From: Blasia pusilla
Taxonomy: Eukaryota
NCBI GenBank assembly: GCA_050084515.1
Contig: CM114271.1
Span: 37,200,001-37,264,000, forward strand
DNA: 64,000 bases
Direction: 5' to 3'
In this document: positions 1 through 13,924 of the stretch, in pieces
How the letters are laid out: each line of letters opens with the position of its first letter
Numbering within the stretch: position 1 is the stretch's first letter
Position numbers and translations under genes: made by a program
The notes under the pieces: generated by a model
Database searches by the model: none
What the model saw: the letters and a program-made list of their open reading frames with translations, nothing else
What the model was told of the DNA's origin: nothing

Positions 1-988
1 AAATAGATCCTCGTTCTTACTTAAAGATTTTTTAATGACATAAATTTCCAATCCTTATTTTCCATATTATTTATTATTATTATAAGATTAAATATAATAT
101 TTGAATTTTTCAACAAACATTACTCCAAACTCCAAACTATGTAATGTTTGTAGTAGCATTGCCAATGTTTGTAGTACATAATATGGTAAAAGCTATGGAA
201 TGGCATTGCCAATTTGAAATTAAAATAAAATTAATTTTACCACTCAACTTACATTATTAGCTTAAGAACTAAAAAAATATGTGTTGGAGATTGAACCAAA
301 AATTCACATAGTAATTTTATTTCTTAAATTATTTTGAACAAGGTTTTCCAATATAGAAGAGCTATGATAAGTTGAGATTATAAAATTATAAAATCCCTGA
401 TTTTTTTCTATGCAAAAAATAGTAGTAAATTATTTCTTAAAATTTAAAATATCACTCATTGAAATTTATCCTTGAATTAATCATAAAAAATAGCATATCA
501 GATGTTTGGTTTTAGAAAATGGATTTTTAAAGATAAAAACAGTATTTATTGATCTCATTGGATACATCATACACGAATTTCTTAAGTGAGATTCCATCAT
601 GAAATATATTCAGAAAAAACATACCCAACGGAAAAAAAATCGAGGTCAAAGTTATGTCGTTGGGAATATCCAACTAGGAACCTTTCAAGCCAGATTTCAG
701 CCGCTACAAATATCCATCTAGAAAATTCCTAAGTTAGATTGTGGTTGGATATAGTCATTATGATAGTTTCAATCAAATTTGTTTCTCAAATCAGATCTCC
801 TGGAAATATGCAACCAAAAATGTCAATTGGAAAGTTTTCAAGCTAGGGTCATCATAAGTTTTTCGATCACATTCTATGTCTTCTAAAATTCTTTGATGAC
901 AATACGCTCTACGAAGAATTTATAGAACGCATTTGTTGGTTGGAAATACCCTACAAAGAATGTTTATAAAAAACAATGTAATAACCAA

Positions 989-1170
989 TCTATACTATTA
1001 TTGGAGAGTTTCTTTTTTTATTTGCAAACATTTGTCTACATGACACGTGGCAACTGGACAGAAAAATAATAAAATCCCATATTAGGCGAGAAAAAAAAGT
1101 AGAATTTGTGTGTATCATGATTAGTCCCTTCACTCTCGTGCATGGCACGTTTATACATGCATGTACACTA
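989..1170 (+). mobile_element. Mini-Helitron family copy (diverged)
   Basis: Begins TCTATACTATTATTGGAGAG and shares the internal blocks tttgcaaaca and ggcaactgga with the 4123 and 16447 copies. Confidence 0.6.
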
Positions 1171-3339
1171 ATTTTTCATACTCACATGTCTTTTCATGGC
1201 ACTTCTGGTATGATCATCATGCCTATTCATCATCCTAGAGTCGAGATAAGCGGGACGTACACTTTGGCAAGAATGAGCACACATGCCGAATTCGAACTCA
1301 TGACTTGTTGTTTCGCATTGGGGTAGTTACTCATAACGATAAAGCCTCCTGCACACTTACATGGAGAACGTAGAAACTTTATTCTCATTCCACATGGGAA
1401 TTTGGAAGAGACATCATAGTTAACTAACTCTTTTGAAAAGAGTTAGTTAACTATTATGCCTTCGATGATGAATAAGGCCGAGGAATGTAAGTATCACACT
1501 CATGCTTCTACATCCATGGTGTCACCCGAAATCATGCATTTTTCTGAAGTTTGGACCCTTAGATTTGGAAAGTATGATTCCACTCCCACGTGCTTTTTAA
1601 CCAATATTTACAATTTAAAATAATTATAACTTTAAATTAGGAGGGGCAAAACTACTCATCACTCTCATCTCCATCTTTATATCTGTCCCCTCGAATTAAT
1701 AATATCACAACCCAAAACCCAAGAGTCCCCTCCCTACGAGAAAAGGATCTATACCATAGATCAAGGCAATTTAAACAAGTGTCGGGTGATGATGTTGAGA
1801 GTAATGATGACATTTCCAACAAAAGCCAGTACGTATTATCAAAGGAGCTGGAGCGAATCATGACGCGTACCGCAATACAAAGCCGTAAGTGAAACATATC
1901 CCGATCAACAACTAGTGTGCGGGGCGCGTTTTAGAGGAGAATTAATTATTATATTCTTGTGACTGAAGGATACGTGAATCAATTAAAAGTGAAGAAAAAA
2001 ATATTCGTCTTCTTTATATTCAAAGTAAAGGTTCAAAGTGAGGGAAAAAAATATTGGCCGCTTGTACATTCGAACTAAAGGTTCTAAATTGTACCCTCAA
2101 CTCCCTACTTTTGTGTGTGCGAACCAATGATCACTGTTTCGTCCGAAAAGGCATTCATCACTTGAGTCTGGACCATGGCTCTCACGCCCATAGAGAAAGA
2201 AATAAGAAATCTGAACGCACCGACGATAAATGTATATACCAAGTTCTAAAGTACGACTAACTACTTCATAATCCCTAAAGGGTAGATTTATTGAAATTAG
2301 GCGCCCTACAGTTGCAAGGGAATATCGTACATTTATCGAAGTTACACACGAATAGGAGGAAGTACGTACATAAAAGGGTTGAAACTACAAAGTACATACC
2401 TTCGTTCTCATACCACCAATATTTTTCCGCACGCCCCATGAGTGAGCGGTTGCATCCCAGCAAGTACCAGCTTTTCTTTTTCTTTCTTAAAAAAGAAAGA
2501 AAAGCAAGCAAGTAAAAGTAACGATTAGTGAGTGGGCTAAGGCAACAAAGACGCGTAAGCGTTTAGGGTTGGGTCCTCATTGCACGATGCCCGATACAGG
2601 AGACAGAAGGAAACAGAAACCAAGAAACAGGGGATTTCCCGAAGAACATGAACAAAGAGTGGCATCCGTTTCACGAATTTGCAGTTGAGCTGCGCAGAAT
2701 CACTGCTGATTCGTGAGGCACGTGATGCGCTGTACGTTGTCTTGACTGATCTCGTGTCGTCTCGTTGAAGTTTGCACACACGAAATTTGCCGGAGGCGAC
2801 TCCATTGACCACAAGTCTATACAACGCGTCTTCACTCCTTCATCATTCATTCATTCACCCATAGGACTCGTTTGTTTTAAGAAAGTCTTCATTTGTAGGA
2901 GATGAGTAAATTTTTGTTGACATTGGAGTGTGCGACTTCTTTTAATGACCAACCGTTAAGAGTTTCTGAATTTTTCTTATGATTTTTCCAGGAAATTTCC
3001 GAACCTTTCTGGTTATCCTCGCGATAAGTTTTGGTTTTCACTTCTATCTTTGACGTTTTTTTAATATTTGAAACATATTTGGAAATTAATATACTTGTGA
3101 GAAAATGATTGTCATGTGAGAAGGTAAGAATTTTTCTTTAAGGTATGCTTAAATGATAAAAAAAAGTTTGCATTTTGAACTAAACGATCAATCATCGCCC
3201 CTTTGTAAATACAACGAGAATGTAATTAAGACCCTAATAGTTTCTCACAGCCAATTAATTCATACTTCAAACAAATCTAGATTATGTAAAGAGGATTGGA
3301 TTTGAAAACCCCTCCTCCCGTGGTGAAGCCTTCCCCTTA

Positions 3340-4050
3340 CTACATGTGTCGACACAAGAAATTTCGGCACATGGCAGGGGATACGAGGACAATTAAGAGG
3401 AGTGGCATTAAAATAATAATATTCAATTTTACTATTTGAACCACATTAGATACGTAAATATTTTCTTTATTGATTAATATTTTATTTAATATTATACAGG
3501 GTTATTATAAATATTAATAAAGTGGAATCTTCTTGATAAAAATAATAATTTATATCTTAATTCACATGTGATGGAAAGGAAAATAAATTTTAATAAGAGG
3601 AGTACATCAGATTTTATGGAAGGCTAAAATTATTTAAAGGGATTGGCATATCATTTAAATTTGAATGGAATATTGTAATTACTTTAAAGAGTGAAATATT
3701 ATTACTCTTCTAAGATTTTAGAAAAATAAGGATTATATTGAAAATTTGAAATTAATGATGTGATTATTATAAAAATTAATGGTATCAATTCACATGTGAT
3801 ATTTTGGGAAAGGAAAATTATTTTGTGAATTAAAATTAATGAAGATTCTTTTAGTCAATGTGATTTTGGTGGGAAGAGTGGAAGGGAAGAATCATTTTTT
3901 TGGAACTTTTAGGGAGGAATGTAATTATTTAGGGGAGATGGATATTATCTAAAGGTGATTTTCTTACTCTTCTGAGATTTAAAAAATTTGGAAATTATAC
4001 CTAAATTTTTAATTAAATTTATTTTAAACTTTTATGTATAATTTTAAAAA
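3340..4050. repeat. Dispersed AT-rich repeat
   Basis: 3900-4000 is the reverse complement of ~15640-15730, and 3425-3450 of ~15875-15900. Similar sequence lies at ~33540-34300 and ~50150-50400. The element class is unclear. Confidence 0.6.
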
Positions 4051-4122
4051 AATATCATCGACATCTATTTTTAAGCCATTCTATTGAGGAAAATATGCTA
4101 GGTGTGCATGGCTCGGGCGACA

Positions 4123-4324
4123 TCTATATTATTATGGGAGAGTGTATTCTTGATTTGACATACGGCAACTAGGCAGCAAGAAAATGTTTCTTCTTATGCA
4201 AACCAACAAAAAAAATTTGAATTTGTATGCAACATCATTAATCCCTTCCCCTCATAGGCTATATACTAACAAAAGTTCTTCAAACACTTTTTATTCCCGG
4301 TGCATCGCACGGACACCTTACTAG
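4123..4324 (+). mobile_element. Complete 202-bp non-autonomous Helitron
   Basis: 5' A|TCTATATTATTATGGGAG, subterminal GC-rich hairpin CCGGTGCATCGCACGG, 3' CTAG|T. No TSD; inserted between A and T as expected for Helitrons. Confidence 0.85.
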
Positions 4325-5075
4325 TATCTTTTAGAACAGTTAATTTTTTCATGTTTCAAAAAAATATTTATGCCATAAATTTACATAACCATGAGGAGAT
4401 GTGAAAAAATGTATTTTCTTATCCAATAAGAATTACCTCCACACAGCAATACCTCTATGGTTGACACAAGTTGTCAACCATGGCCTCCCTCCATAAAAAA
4501 ATCAAATTTGGAAACATTGATTGGTTAATAATGTATAATGTGTATGGCATGGGTATCATTTTGATATTAAATATACTAGTTATGACCACAGACAGATAGT
4601 GTGATGCACAATTATGTAATTATACATATATATACGCTCCGGGTTAGTAGAAAAAAACTGCCACACGTCTTACATTCCTAAAACAAAAAAGACATGCCTC
4701 TAACTTTGAAGTTGTCGTCATTTCAAAAATGTTCATCAAATTATCATATATATATTCGACCTCATTCATTTTGTTAACATGGGAGAAAATATTATTAGGC
4801 AACTTGCTCTTGCTATGAATGATAAGATATAGAAACTCATATGACCAATGGAAATCAATGAATTATAAGGGATTATCATCATAACCACTTAATCTAGCTA
4901 TTTAATGCAATTTTAGCTTATTCTTAAGAGGTCCTTTCTAGAACACTCGTTGCCACATAAACTATACGTGCTCAACATGCCTTGTTCTCTTTGTTTGATC
5001 TAGATGGAAATCACTTAATTGTAAGTGATCATAATCATAAACACTTAATCTAACTATTTAAGTTAGTCAGAGGCA

Positions 5076-5349
5076 TGTTAGGTCCTTTAGCACCGGTCGA
5101 CAAGTATCCATAGGATGCTTTTGAGGACGTTGGAGAGCAACCTCAACACATCGACGATATGAGGCATCAAGTAACTTGAGGGAGCTTATTTATCTTTTTT
5201 TAAAAGCTCATTTGGACCTAAATATAGACACTTATTATATTTTAGTAAGTTCCTATTATGACCATAATTGAATTTCCACTTTGGGAAGTAGCCCTCAAAC
5301 CCATACAAGATGTGAAGAGCCCATGACATAACTTGCAAGCATAAGTTAC

Positions 5350-5426
<77 letters not shown>

Positions 5427-5900
5427 GAGCTTATTCTCTTCTTTGTTAAACCTCTTGGCATGAGATGGCAAAGCTATGGACAAGTACTCCTTAATTGCCT
5501 TGTGAGTAATCCTAATCCTCTCATTAGGAGAATGGATTTGGTTTGACATGAGAGAAAAATGAAAATTGTGTGCACAATTGTAGTGATCTTGATTTACAAA
5601 GAGAAAATAAGGGAATGGAGCTCTATAATGTATGAGCTTGCTTGTATTTCTTTGATATTGCAAATTGGGGACCATATATGTTTCCCATTCAAAGCTTCAT
5701 AGGAGTTCTCATAAGAGCAAGAGCCACCCAATTGTGTGTATTCAGTGTGGATTTTTTGTGCGGAAGAGAAGCGAATGGAAGCGCTCTCACATTTTTAATA
5801 TAATTTAAGCATACGGACCATGTTTTCCATGTTGGGGATTTTGAGAGCATATTACATTTTGTTTTTTTCTTGTATGATAAATAAAATTTTTGAAAGAAAC
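5076..5900 (+). mobile_element. LTR/leader fragment of the same gypsy-like family
   Basis: Starts TGTTAGG at 5076. Shares long blocks with 61260-61830 (ctcttggcatgag, ctctcattaggag, gtttgacatgagaga). The right boundary is approximate. Confidence 0.7.
5353..5422. repeat. (AG)35 microsatellite
   Basis: Perfect 70-bp dinucleotide run. Confidence 0.98.
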
Positions 5901-6586
5901 CAACGCGGAAGCGTTGTTAAATATTTTGTTAGAGTTGTGGCCTCCGCTTGTAGGATAATTGCCACCAGTTTCCAATAGAAGTTAGGTAAAGGAGCTAATT
6001 TCATGATGCTATAGAATGGGAAGTCATGCACAATAGAAGCAAATTATGCATTGTTTTTATGCTTGAGTTTTTCTGATACAAGACTATGCACAAATTGGTT
6101 GCTTCTTTAGTTGCTTGATGCATAGTTATGCCATTATCATCCGTTTGGTTCAATCAACATCCGTGCAGTTCTTCCGTGGATTCGTGATCGAGATTTGGTG
6201 TTGGATTATCGATAATTTTTCAACAGTGCTGACATCATCAAGAGCATTGCAATAATTTCATCATTGACCTTTAGGCAGAGACTAATTGTGAATACCGGTT
6301 AACATTGTGCGATGACCTTCTAGCCAATGGGGTATAGTTTTTTTTTTTCCTACTATGCATAGTAATTGGTAGCCACTTGACGCGAATCAAATATCGTGTC
6401 ATGATGCATGTAGCTGGATTATATTTGAGACTACTCTATTGTGTCGCTTGTGGCTATATAATAGTATTTTGATCGCGGATTCGCACCAATGTTGAGACAT
6501 AGATGGGGAGGAGATGCCATTACTTATTGCATTTGTCATCGAGTGTCATGCCATTTATAGCCATTATGTGCCACAACTCTGCACTA

Positions 6587-7500
6587 CACTATAAGAAAGC
6601 CTTGGTTTTATGACTACGTTTAATGACTCACGTGAGTCATATATCTAGTTCTGTGACTAAGAATGAATGGTTACTCTTCTAGTCACAAAAGCCTAATCAT
6701 TAATCCCTCGATGACTAACATGACTAGGTTGGTTTGTTGATGTGGAAGTGTCGACTAACCAGTCATTTACATATGACTGCAACCTCACATAGATGATGTG
6801 TGAAGATAACACCTCAGCATATGAGATGGACATGATACATCAAATTATGCATATGACATATAAACAAGACAACGTGACATGACATCATGAGGATTAATAG
6901 TGACGTATCGTAGGTGTATTACAAGACAAATAAGTTAGTCTTGTCATTGTTTATTACCGAGTGTCATTGCAAGACAACTAGTTTAGTCATTGGTTTAAAA
7001 AATGACTGACTACGTGGCAAATCTGTAACATAATCGAATGAGTAGATGAACCTATTATTACTACAAAGTATCACTAAGCTATTAATTCCTAAGATTCCAA
7101 GTCACATAGTTATGAATGACACACAATTACTACATGAGTACTGATGTAACAACTACCAGTGGCTAGGGGAGTTATTTCACAATTACTATCAAAGATTCTT
7201 AGAGTTGGATGATCATCTTTTACGTTTATCAATAACTAATTGATTGTGAATTTTAATACAAAAGTGTCTATATGAGTTTCCATGTGTTGCATGAAAGTGA
7301 CTGTATCAGTTTAATTTGGAAAGAATGACAATAATACTCATTGCTGCACTCTCTTATGAGTCTGAACTTGTTGATTTTTGAAGTTGGATGACTAAGAGAG
7401 TCATTGTTTGTGATTAAATGAAGAAATACGGTCATCACTATCATTCATTTTTTGACTGATTTGGTCGTGGTATAACTTGCTGTGTCATTATTGTATTATT
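6587..7500. mobile_element. CACTA (En/Spm) transposon left end with subterminal repeats
   Basis: CACTATAAGAAA terminus followed by many ATGACT/AGTCAT motifs in both orientations. A matching other end was not found. Confidence 0.6.
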
Positions 7501-7509
7501 AAGTTAGTT

Positions 7510-7889
7510 ATGAACTTCAGGGACCTAGGTCCCTGAAGTTCATGGGACCTAGAAGCCTGGAGCTCTTGCTCTTGCTACATATTTAACTTCATAAGCATTT
7601 GTGGGACCAAATGCTTATGAAGTTAAACTTGTAGCAAGAGCCAAACATGGAAGCCTAGGCCTATTATGACCGTAATAGTATTATTAAGCATTTGGTCCGG
7701 CAAATGCTTATGAAGTTAAATATGTAGCAAGAGCCAAACATGGAATCCTAGGCCTATTATGACCATAATTGTATTATTAAGTTATTCATGAACTTCAGGG
7801 ACCTAGAAGCCTAGGCTCTTGCTACATATTTAACTTCATAAGCATTTGCGGGACCAAATGCTTATGAAGTTAAATATGTAGCAAAAGCC
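7510..7889. repeat. Array of duplicated palindromes and hairpins
   Basis: A perfect 34-bp palindrome at 7510-7543, ~35-bp-arm hairpins at ~7568-7641 and 7814-7889, and a partial unit at ~7685-7735. Confidence 0.9.
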
Positions 7890-9099
7890 AAACGTGGAAG
7901 AGCTCGTTGTTAACATTATAAATGGTGGTTGGATAAGGCCTTAAAGGGTTAAATATCACACGAAGAAAAAATGGATTACTGCAACATAATACCAACATTG
8001 TCTAGGAAATTGTAACATAGCAAATGGTTTGTTGAACAAGACAAATAAGTAGTTGGTGTCAGCAATTCAGAGCATCCATGTCTAGCAACACACATGGAAT
8101 TAAAAGAACACGTTGTATCTAAACCATGAATAAATGAAATTTTGATGTTGGACTATCTTGGTCTCTCATTTACATGATTGAATACACAGTCGTATAATTT
8201 GAATTAGAAGCATAGTAAATTTTATGGAAATTTTTTTTTACTTCTAAACATCCCTAAAAATAGAACGAAATGGTAGCTTAAGACCAAATAAAATCCGGAG
8301 TACTTAGTCAATATTTGATTAATACCAAAATCAATGATCATTACCCGAAACTAAATTTAGAATTTTTATGCCTATTGCATCACCTTCCTCATATTAATTT
8401 CAGGGCTGATCAGGCCCGACCCCAATGCATTTGCAAAAGTGAGTTGTGGTGGAGTTTCTTCTAAATTTGATACCCATAACTCATGTGTAGGATCCATAGC
8501 CTCAATCAGATTGATCCGTAGCATGCATATTGATATATTTCCTATGGAAGGTTGATTTTTCTCCAAACCATATGATTACTTCTGAACCCAACACCGTCCT
8601 ACTCAGCTTTGGTCTGGCGAGCAAAACCCGATCCCCAAGTCGTAGCTATAAGGACCATATAAACAAAAAAGACAATTAATAGCGATAACTCTTCAAAAGT
8701 TATTCTACTATGTCTAATATGTATAAAATGAGGAGCCATAATTTACCTTCTCGAACGACCAACCCCATGATGGTAGATGAAGCGAAAATGCCACATGTCC
8801 TACACCATCAAATAAGTGGCCAAAACAATCTCCATCAATCATTCCTTAAAGTGGGGTTGGAATCAAACAATAGAGATCGGAAATTGTACCTTTCTTTGTC
8901 TCTTAGTTGATCTAGACCTTGTCTTTCTTTCTTGTTCACATGGTACATCAGAATGAAACTTAGACTTCCTACGCTTTTTGGAAGAAGAGATCATCTTGAT
9001 GTCCATACTTCAATGGATTATACATAACCATAATTTAGCAGGCACTATTAGGACAACAAATTTCTCCAATATCAAATCATGGATAATTTCTACAACCAC

Positions 9100-12000
9100 A
9101 CATGTAATGAATAGGAATATGAGGGATACAAGCCCAATCCTTATGCTTAGTTGGAGTGTTTGCATTTTCCACACTGTCTGAGGAAGTCTTTCTCTTCAAA
9201 CTTGTTGTCTCGTCTGGATTCAAATTATGATCAGCTGGAAAAAATATAAGGCTCACATGTGAAGATGATTACGTCATAAACCTAGACCAGAATGCTATCT
9301 ATAATTTTGTAAAAGTTTTCATTCAAAAGATTGTATCCTTACGCGCTGATTGTGTTGTAGCATTCTCTTCATTGTGGTTGGAGCTTATGGCCTTCAAACT
9401 CACATTGTTTTTTTTATCCTTGTGAGTTGGAGGATGAACTTTGTCTATGTCTACTAATATTACATGTAAAAAGTGAAATATTGTCAATAATGAGCAAGAA
9501 ATGCCAACCAAATAGAGGTAAATAATAAACACATTGTCTCATTTTTACGAGGATAGTCAATAACACTACAACCATAAACACCTTCTTGTAGCTTCCTTCT
9601 CTATGTATGGAGATAAGATAAGTTTACAAACACTAGCGCTTTTGTGAACTTGTCAAGAGTATATGTGAATTCACATTTTGCATTCAAAAGTACATGAGAT
9701 GTATTATAGCCATTTGTGAGGCCATACCCAAAACTGCTTATGTTGGTGTATGAACTTGAGTTGATGGAGAAGATCCTATGTTGGGCAATGGAATATTTGT
9801 TGAACTTTGTATGACTCCATCTTTTGGCGCCAATTTCGATACCATCTCCATCAAAACGCAATAGGAGGGTTTCTCTAATCCCATCCTCTTTTAATTATAT
9901 AGATGATATGGATGGTGTGAGGTTGGGGAGACGCCTTATTTTTCTTTGTTTATTTAGTAAGGGTCCATATCATATGCATTGATTATATCAATATGCAATG
10001 GCCATTGAGAGACATCTTGGAAAAAATAATTTGGTTTTTACAATGACATGTGATCCTAAGCGGGAAGAGATTATATGGGCATGGTTTCCTGACCAAATTG
10101 ATTCAAATTTATTAGATTTGGTTTTGGAAGTTTATTTTTTCTTAAAAAGGGAGTTACTAGGGCTTATTATGAACAAGCATATCTTGAATTGAATTTTGGA
10201 ATGTATCCATGTGGTTAAGTTTCACAAAAGAGGCTTATCATATATCTATGTTTTAATTATTTTGGCACTCGAGGATAAACCAGATATCGATTCCGATTAT
10301 CATGATATCATCTACCTTTAAATTTCTTATCCAAACATATATCTGAGACTGTATTATACTACGGGCAATTGCAGGGTCCATGATCCATGTGGATAACTAC
10401 GTCCAAATGCTCTGGGCATGGATATGAAAACAAAAAATGTACCAAATGCTATTCCAAGGCTTTTGCCATTGTAACTACGGAGACTGATGATGGTTACCCA
10501 ATCTATTGAAGATACTTAAGCTATTACTTCAATAGTGAGTCCTTAAGTAGGAAGCTTTCCATAATATCTATTTTAAGAGAAAAATTCTTCATAAATCTTG
10601 GAGATAATATGTATCGCATCTAAAATTTTTTTGTTTGTTATATGGGCTAGATTGGGTGCTGGAAAGAGGATAATAAAGAAATTTTGGATAGTTTATGGAC
10701 TATGCCTTGTAATCCTTTGTGATTTTCATATTAACTTGGATATTATAAAATTTATTTTAAAGGTGGAATAATTAGATAAATATGTATATAAGGGATTTTA
10801 TATTTTATCATTTAAGTTTTCAAAGAATATGGATACCTCCATGAAAATTGAGATCATTAATCTGAAAAAACTAGATTTCAATGCAAGGTAAAGTTTACAT
10901 ATTTTTATTCTTTCCTGGGTTATAATCAATCTTTTAAAATAATGATATGATATACATAGAAGTAATTATAATATTTTTTACTTTATCTTATGTAAATATA
11001 TAACTTCTCAAGGGGCATATTGACAAGGATTTAAGTTTAATTTATATAAAAAGAAAAACAAGTGTCATGAGATTGGATGTTCATCTCTCAAAGGTGTGAT
11101 TTCTTTGCTTAAATGATTATGACATATATAAGAACCTTATACAAAGAAATAGGGAGACCACCTTGACTTTACTATTTGCTACTTATGAACTTCATGATAC
11201 TACGTGAGAGTATTTATATCTTGGATTTCATTTGTATCATTGTTGGAATGAAAAGATGGATTCTTAGAGTATGAAGAAATAAATATTTGCGGTAATTCCT
11301 TTTTCACTTGTACCTTACGCATCCAAGTAAACACTACATGCTTTATAGTGTTCATGTAGCCAATTTTGTAACATTTGATTCAATTTAAAATCTTACTTCT
11401 AAAAACGTAGTGGGGTGGAAAGAATGAATCATGTTATGAGCAATGATCTTAAAAAGCACATCTTTTCATAGGTGACGGAGAATGCCACCGATTGCATTTA
11501 CTTCTTCATGATGTTCAAGGCGCAATCTCATATGAAGGCTTCAAAACTCGATATAGAGTCCTACATCTAACTCTTAAGGAAGATGCTGTTCACTTGGGAT
11601 TTCTCAAGGATGGTAATGAAGGCTTCTCTGGCTTCTAACAAGTTTCTTACATTTGCATGGTTCTCTCATTCCATCAATTATTTGTTGTTATTCTAGATAG
11701 CTCAGAACACTCTTGCTCGACCCACTACATTATGGAATCCAGTTTTGGATCCATTTAAAGAGGAGCTTACATAATACTTTCCTTGCAGGTGTAAGAAGTG
11801 CAAAAGATATTGCTATACTTGTCTCGTCATATGGGATGGTTGCATTATTATTAGATGGAGGGTATAAAATCCACTCAAACTTTAGAATTCTTACCAATCT
11901 CCATGTAAGCTTTACTAGCATGTTATCTATCAATAGTAACAGAGCATGTGTGATATAAAAATCCTTTTACAGGAGGAGGAACCTATGACTCATCATCATC

Positions 12001-12915
12001 CATTTGAGGCTATCAATTGATCCTTACAAAATATTATGGGAATGATCTCTGATGACCTCATTGATCTATCATTAGAGAAAGGCTAGAAATTTTTTTTTGT
12101 ACTATTACGTATTTATCAATAAGCGTCTTGTGATTGGTTATTAACTTATTGAAGGTGGGACATGGTTGCATGTATTTATACACTCCATTGAAAGATATCT
12201 TTTTTTCTAGCGGCTTCTATGGTCGTAAATAACTTTAGAATAAGAACATAAATGATCTTCTTTATCTCATGATATCAAATTTTTGAGAGATACGACTATC
12301 CTCACTTTGAAGATAAATTTGATCTCATAAATAAGTCAATCAGTCTTGATTTTATGGAGAGTTAACAATCAAGACTCATTATATTCAATACTCTTAAAGA
12401 CATGTCTTAATTTTATGAAACAATCCTATTTAAGAGGTTCCTTTTTTGGAATATCTTCTAAGAAGCATGTGTGATGTATAATATAATACATAACTTATTG
12501 TTTATTTCATTCCAAATGAGAGAACAATTCAGATCTATGATATAGAATCCTATAACTATCTCCTCACTATATGTATATCAAGATCAATGCACCAATCATG
12601 CTTTAGAAAATAAGAATGGTTAAAGGGAACAAGAAAATGACACTTGATTTGTCATTTGTGGACTCGTACGACATATGCTGAAATTATTGTGGGGAAGAAC
12701 ATTAAAGACCAATTTTTGATAATGCATATACCATTGATTGCTTCTATCTAGGGTTTTGCCTTTTAATATGTGTAGATTTTAATTCCTGATACGTTTAGGT
12801 TTTTCCATGACCATCAATAGGTCACAAGGTCAAAATTTGCATAAGGTTGGAACTCGCTTACTTACATCTATCTTGGCTCATGGCCAATTATATGTGGAAT
12901 TATTTTTAACAAGTG
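9100..12915 (+). mobile_element. Highly degenerate autonomous-type Helitron (Rep-helicase) remnant
   Basis: Rep motifs: AMAIERHLGKNNLVFTMTCDPKREEI (cf. GxPDLFITFTCNPxWxEI) at ~9995-10075, VVKFHKRGLSY (cf. EFQKRGLPH) at ~10210, VHDPCG at ~10375, ETDDGYPIY at ~10480. PIF1 helicase C-terminus RLGFSMTINRSQGQNLHKVG..AHGQLYV at ~12790-12900. The left boundary is approximate. Confidence 0.85.
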
Positions 12916-12920
12916 AAAGA

Positions 12921-12923
<3 letters not shown>

Positions 12924-12956
<33 letters not shown>
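12924..12956. repeat. (TA)16 microsatellite
   Basis: Perfect TA run immediately after the Helitron helicase remnant. Confidence 0.97.
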
Positions 12957-12960
<4 letters not shown>

Positions 12961-13924
12961 GACAGAGAGGGATTACACTTAAAATGTTGTGTAGAGAACA
13001 ATTATTGCTTGAGATGAAATAAAAATTCTTAAAACAATTTAAATCATTTGAAATGATATGATAATATTCACGACTCCAATTACTCGTACTTTTTTTCCAT
13101 ATATATCCAGGAGAGGAAACGTTTGTGTGAATTGGCGTACATCGCTTGATTTTTTTATATGTATGGCCGTCCATGGAACCCATATGGCTTCTATGTGCAC
13201 TAATAAGAGATGGCATGTTGGTGTGAAATGCCATGTGAAGCTTTAATTTTTTGCATATATGCTCGTCATTGAAGCCAACATTCATTTGTAAGAAACGACT
13301 CATTTGTGTGAATTGCTATACATGGAACAACGCATGTTTTTAAATTGTATATGGCGGTGCTTGCACTTAGATATACTTTTAGTTTTTTTCACTAGTTTTT
13401 CTTGCAATAGCTTGTTCATCATAGGTGCTACACAATTATTCTTGTGGTGATCTACTCTTGTTATATGAGTGTACATTACTACATAACTACTTCCTTCGCA
13501 AAGTAAATACATGGATACGTATTTACTATTATCATTCACTATTTTTTATTGGTCAGGACTATGATGAGTAATACAGACCCTAAAACTTTGTAGAATGACA
13601 TTCGTAATGGAATGTTGCCTCATTATGCCGTAGAAATCAACTAAGAAAATAGCATGGATGAATGAATAATACAGACCCGAAAACTTTATAATGGAATGTG
13701 AACCTTACCAATATAGGATTGATGATTGTGGCTAGTTGATATATGATATGTAAGAGAATATCCATCATAGAATCTTATCTCAAGAAAATGAAATTTCCCA
13801 AAAGCAGGTATGGGAAGCTGCGATATTGTAAAGGGGAAGAATCCCCATCTCGGGCCCCAAAATTTACTTTTGGGAAACTTAACCATGGCTATTACGCGCC
13901 TCCTTAATCGTGACTATGGACGTC

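Noticed and set aside
1255-1340. tRNA or tRNA-derived SINE (B-box-like GAGTTCGAATTC on the minus strand)
   Set aside because: No A box, cloverleaf, tail or TSD could be identified.
5186-5675. ORFs with poly-SL tracts
   Set aside because: Translation artefacts of the (AG)35 microsatellite.
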